The translations under genes were made by a program, and so were the position numbers. A DNA stretch of 64,000 bases from Stegostoma tigrinum (Eukaryota). The stretch spans positions 4,898,001 through 4,962,000 of the forward strand of contig NC_081396.1 in the NCBI RefSeq assembly GCF_030684315.1. The letters are read 5' to 3'. Shown piece after piece: positions 59,836 to 64,000 of this stretch. The stretch's first letter is position 1. Every line of letters starts with the position of its first letter. Under the pieces are notes generated by a model. It did not search any database. It was not told the origin of the DNA and worked only from the letters and a program-made list of their open reading frames with translations.

Positions 59836-62800
59836 GTAAGGCTTCCTCTACACCATCCCCCCTACATTAAACACTCCCAGAGACATTTGGATTATATACA
59901 GAACAAAGGTCGCTCTACACTGTCCTCCATCAAACACTGCTAGGGACAGCACAGGATTAGATATGGAGTGGAGCTCTCTCTACCCGGTACCCAAACTGAT
60001 GTGAATGTGTTTGTGCCCCCTGCAGGTACAAGGAGGTAAGCGCAGATCTGAGGGAGCTGGACCTTTTGACCCAAGAGGCTCTATTCGTCCTGTATGGCTA
60101 CAGGGCCCCCGGGGATGAAGCTCCCACACCACCCACCCAGCGCCCCCGGGCGGCCATCCCACGGCGCCTGGGCTTGCGGCTGATCAACCCTGAGGGGCGG
60201 CGCGGTTCGCCAGCCCTGGAGATCAGGCCCCGACGAGGGAGAGGTGGCGGCGAGGGGGATGCCTGGGCCCACAGCCCGCCTCTGGCCCGCAACAGCTCCT
60301 GGAAGATCGGCTTCGAGCTGGTAAGTTCTGGGAAAGTGGGAAGGGACCATTGGAGGGTGGGGAGTTGTGCGGGGGATGGTTGGGTGCCGGGGGGGGTGGA
60401 AGACTTGTGCGGGATACATGCTGGGATGCATCGGGCGTCTGTGGACCTAGACCCCATTTGAGAGTGGATCCTGTTTTGATCAGTTGATCGACCTGGTGGG
60501 GCAGTGCGCCAGTGCCTTCCTGCTGTCTCCACCCAGGGTGTGGAGACCCAGGATGCCAGAGGGGTGGGTGGTGGGGGAGTGAGGCCCGCTCCTTTTTTCT
60601 ATTGGCCTATTCTCACATTTTCTATCTTCCTCCCCCGTGCTCTCTCCTCCACCCCATCGCCGCACCCCCCCATCCCCAAACCCATCCCCAACCCCATCCC
60701 CATCCCCATTCCCATTCCCTCCCCATCTCCATGCACAGTGCAATTCCACTGGTGGAGACTGCTTTTACAACTGGCACTCGTCCGGCGTGGATGCCCTGAG
60801 GGAATGGTACACCTTTCACTACGTGAACCTTATGGCACATATCTCCCTCGCTGCATCTCCCTTGGACGAGGCGAAGATGGGAGAGTTCGTCCAGGATTGT
60901 CGGTTCAATGGCTTCGCCTGTAGGGAGAGGTGAGGGGTGGGGCGGCAGGAGAGAGGGAGGGGGCACAGAGAGAGGAGAGAGGAAGAGGGGAGAGAGGGAG
61001 GGTGCGGCGGGATAGACAGAAGGTGCGAGGGGAGGGGGTTGTGAGAGAGGGAGGAGGCGGGGAGGGGAGGGGATTAGGGGTGTGAGAGGGTGAGGAGAAG
61101 GGTAAGGGAGGGGAGTGGAAGAAGCAGAGCATGGAGGGAGAGAGGGAATGATGGTGAGAACATCACCTGTCCCTCTCTCTAATTCCAGTTTCGACAAGTC
61201 CTTTCACCATCCAGTTTATGGAAACTGTTACACCTTCAACGGGATTAACAGCAGCTCCCAGTGGGAATCCTCCAAGGCCGGTAAAGACCACGGTGAGTGA
61301 AAACGAAGAGTAAAGCTGCCTGAACACTGTCCACATCACACACTCTCAGGACAGGGACAGCACGTGGTTAGATACAGAACAAAGCTCACCCTCCCCCTCT
61401 CTCTCTCTCTCTCTCTCTCTTTGTGATGTCCAGGTCTGTCCCTTGTGCTCAGGATCGAACAGAACAATTCCATCCCCTTCCTGTCGACGGCGGCTGGAGC
61501 CCGGATGATGGTCCATGATCGGGGCCGCTCTCCCTTCATGGAGGACGGTGGCTTTGATATTCGCCCGGGACTGGAGACCTCCGTCAGCATGAGGAAGGTG
61601 AGGGAGGGTGCTCCTTATCTCCTCCGTCACCAAGGGTGACTGCCTTGCACTCTCCCTCCCTGTCTCTCTCACCAGCCCGTACAGCCTTCCTATCTCTGTA
61701 ACCCAACCTCACCTTTACCCCCACTGCACTCCTACACCCCCTCCCCCACTCCCCCCGCCCTCACTATCCCCCTTCCCCTCTCCCAGTGCACACTCCCTCT
61801 TATACACACACACCCTCTCCTCTCTGGCATGCTCTGTTTCAGCCTGGGTCTGATCTCAGTGTCACCCAATCCCTCTCTCCCTGTTCCAGGAGGTGGTCTC
61901 TCGCCTCGGAGGGCCATACAGTGACTGCACAGAGAACGGCTCTGATGTCCGCGTTCGTAACCTCTACAAATCCGACTACACCCAGCAGGTACCTGGGCTG
62001 CGGAGCTGCCTGCTCGCCTCTGTCTGTGGAGCTCTCATGATCGCCGGGGGACTGACCAGAGATTAGGTTTCCAGGCCTTTGTAAGGCCTGCAGGCCTCAG
62101 GCTTTCCAGCCTGTTGCTGAAATTTGGCATTACTAGGCTTCCAGCGTTACAGCCTGTTGCAGAAGCTGGCATTGCTAGGCCTCTGACCATGGTGGCTTGT
62201 TGCTAAGGGTTGATTTCCTAAGCTTCATCTCCTGGGCATGTTGCAAAGGTTAGCCTCCCTAGGCCTCAGGCTCCCAGGCCGGTTGCTGATGTTGGCCTCC
62301 CTTGACCTGAGAGTTTCTAGCCTCTTGTTAAGGTTGGCATTCTTAGGCCTCAGACTCCTGGCCTGTTGCTAAGGTTCTCGTTTCTGGGCCTCAGGCTGTC
62401 CGGCGTGTTCCTCAGGTTCCTAGCCCTTCCGTTGATGCTCTCAACATTGCAGTTTCCCAACACACATTTCCACTCAGACCCCTGACTGTTCTCCTCTCTT
62501 TTCCGCCCATCACCTCCTCCAAAAGACCTGCGTCCGCTCTTGCTTCCAGCTCACCATGGTGTCCCGCTGCGGCTGTGCCTACTATTACTACCCGCTGCCC
62601 GCTGGGGCGGAGTACTGCAATTACAACAAGCACATTGCTTGGGGTAAGTGGGGCTTTAGTCAGAGGCCCATATTACAAGCATGGTTAGTCACATCTCCTG
62701 GAACAAGCTACAGCCTTTGCGGCCTGTAGCTAAGGAGCAGATGGGCGTTGATCAGGGTTTCACGCCTGTTGCTAAGGAGGGAGGGAAACTGGCCAGAATT

Positions 62801-63957
62801 TTATGCCCACACTCGAGATGAGATGGAACTTGGCCATGGACTTGGACCTGTTGCTGAGGATAGGATGGTAGGTGGACAGGGTTTGGGAGCAAGGGCTAAG
62901 GATGGGACAGGAGTTAGTCAAGGCCCGAGGCCTGTGGCTAAGTTGATAGCTTTGGGGCCTTTTCCAAGGATTAGCTGGAGGGATCGGACAAGAGTTGGTG
63001 AGGGTTTGGGGCCTGTTGCTCAGGAGGGAGGGAAATTGGCCAAGGTTTCGGACCTGATGCTAAGGATCATACGGGAGTTAGCCGGAGTTGGGGCCTATTG
63101 CTAAGGAGAGAGCAAATTTGGCCACGGTCCCAGGCCTGTTGCTAAGGAGGGAGGGAAATTGGCCACGGTTTTTGCTTAGGAAGAGGGAGGAATTGGTCAA
63201 AGAAGAGAAGAAGAGTTTTCCGGCTCACTTCTCTCATTTTCTCTCATTCCCAGGACACTGTTATTACCGGTTGGCACAAGAATTCACTGACGATGTCCTC
63301 GGTTGCTTCAAAACCTGTCGGAAGCCGTGCAAGTGAGTACAACAGCGAACTGGGAAGCAGGCCTCAACCGGAATGCTGAGAGGGCGAGCACTGTCAGAGG
63401 TTCAGTGCTGAGGGAGCGGGCACTAGTGAGGGCCAGTGCTGTGGGAGCAGGCACTAGTGAGGGCCAGTGCTGAGGGAGCGGGCACTAGTGAGGGCCAGTG
63501 CTGAGGGAGCGGGCACTAGTGAGGGCCAGTGCTGTGGGAGCCGGCACTGGTGAGGGTGCTGAGGGAGCGGGTGCTGTCGAAGGGTCAGCGCTGAGTGATT
63601 ATATTTAGTCTAATTTTTGCCGATGTTTCCAGGCAAACTGAGTATCAAATGACAGCTGGATACGCAAACTGGCCGTCAAAAAATTCAATGGTAAGTCAAA
63701 CAAAATTAGATCAGCTAAAAGCCCTCCTGTATTTGCAGACACGCAGTCTCTCTCCCTCACACACACTCATTCTTTCTTACACCCTTTCTCTCACACTGTC
63801 GCCATGTCACTCACAGACTCTCACAGATGCTCTGCCTCACTCGCGCGCTCTCTGTCTCTGCCTCTCTGTTGATGATGTTGTGTCCTTCTCTATCCAACCA
63901 ACAGAGCTGGATGAATCCTCTCTTCCAGAAAAAAAACCATTCCACCCCCTCTAACAG
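59474..63957 (+). CDS. SCNN1A: Epithelial sodium channel alpha subunit (ENaC alpha), 3' end outside window: join(59474..59835,60026..60320,60739..60929,61189..61292,61434..61597,61890..61988,62526..62643,63254..63332,63633..63690,63905..63957)
   Basis: [15 protein letters not shown]...NRMKTSLW (HG gating motif, alpha-type), [45 protein letters not shown] and a Cys-rich thumb. All introns are GT-AG with consistent phases. Exon lengths 191/104/164/99/118/79/58 match those I recall for mammalian SCNN1A. An alpha versus delta assignment needs a tree. Confidence 0.93.
60026..60320 (+). CDS. SCNN1A: SCNN1A coding exon 2 (finger/GRIP region)
   Basis: tgcag|g [25 protein letters not shown]...SSWKIGFEL|gtaagt. 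Confidence 0.9.
60739..60929 (+). CDS. SCNN1A: SCNN1A coding exon 3
   Basis: cag|[32 protein letters not shown]...CRFNGFAC; 191 nt. Confidence 0.92.
61189..61292 (+). CDS. SCNN1A: SCNN1A coding exon 4
   Basis: [18 protein letters not shown]...; 104 nt; gtgagt donor. Confidence 0.92.
61434..61597 (+). CDS. SCNN1A: SCNN1A coding exon 5
   Basis: [27 protein letters not shown]...[16 protein letters not shown]; 164 nt. Confidence 0.93.
61890..61988 (+). CDS. SCNN1A: SCNN1A coding exon 6
   Basis: [33 protein letters not shown]; 99 nt. Confidence 0.93.
62050..62430 (+). repeat. Intronic degenerate ~44-bp tandem repeat
   Basis: Recurrent gcctgttgct(a/g)a...ggcatt...taggcctcag units. Confidence 0.7.
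62526..62643 (+). CDS. SCNN1A: SCNN1A coding exon 7
   Basis: [39 protein letters not shown]; 118 nt. Confidence 0.93.
62715..63200 (+). repeat. Intronic degenerate ~43-bp tandem repeat
   Basis: Recurrent ggcctgttgctaaggagggagggaaattggcca units. Confidence 0.75.
63254..63332 (+). CDS. SCNN1A: SCNN1A coding exon 8
   Basis: [25 protein letters not shown]; 79 nt. Confidence 0.93.
63373..63596 (+). repeat. 31-bp intronic minisatellite
   Basis: gagggccagtgctgagggagcgggcactagt repeated about 6-7 times. Confidence 0.9.
63633..63690 (+). CDS. SCNN1A: SCNN1A coding exon 9
   Basis: [19 protein letters not shown]; 58 nt. Confidence 0.92.
63905..63957 (+). CDS. SCNN1A: SCNN1A coding exon 10
   Basis: acag|[17 protein letters not shown] ag|gttagt; 53 nt, phase consistent. 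Confidence 0.8.
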
Positions 63958-64000
63958 GTTAGTCACAGTGAATCTCTCTCTCTGTCTCGTCTTTTCTCTT

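Overview
Vertebrate genomic DNA, very likely from an elasmobranch (probably a carpet shark; inferred from HE1-type SINEs, shark-type CR1/L2 LINEs and ~70-bp satellites). Bases 1-57 kb are an AT-rich, repeat-dense cluster of C2H2 zinc-finger genes with no visible effector domain. It holds two genes with long open finger arrays (33652-34530 +, 45577-46389 -), five frameshifted pseudogenes, several finger remnants, CpG-rich promoters and four decayed tRNA copies. From 59.5 kb there is a compact, GC-rich epithelial sodium channel alpha-subunit gene (SCNN1A-like), with 10 coding exons resolved and the 3' end beyond the window. The most unusual signals are four. (1) Many 80-700 bp Penelope pseudo-LTR insertions carry minimal hammerhead-ribozyme motifs, often as fold-back (palindromic) units with 9-15 bp target-site duplications. 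(2) These insertions sit directly beside nearly every ZNF promoter. (3) There is a ~100-bp-arm fold-back inversion inside a ZNF pseudogene. (4) There is a polybasic furin-type site in the shark alpha-ENaC finger domain. All calls were made by eye without database searches, and repeat boundaries are approximate unless TSDs are quoted.
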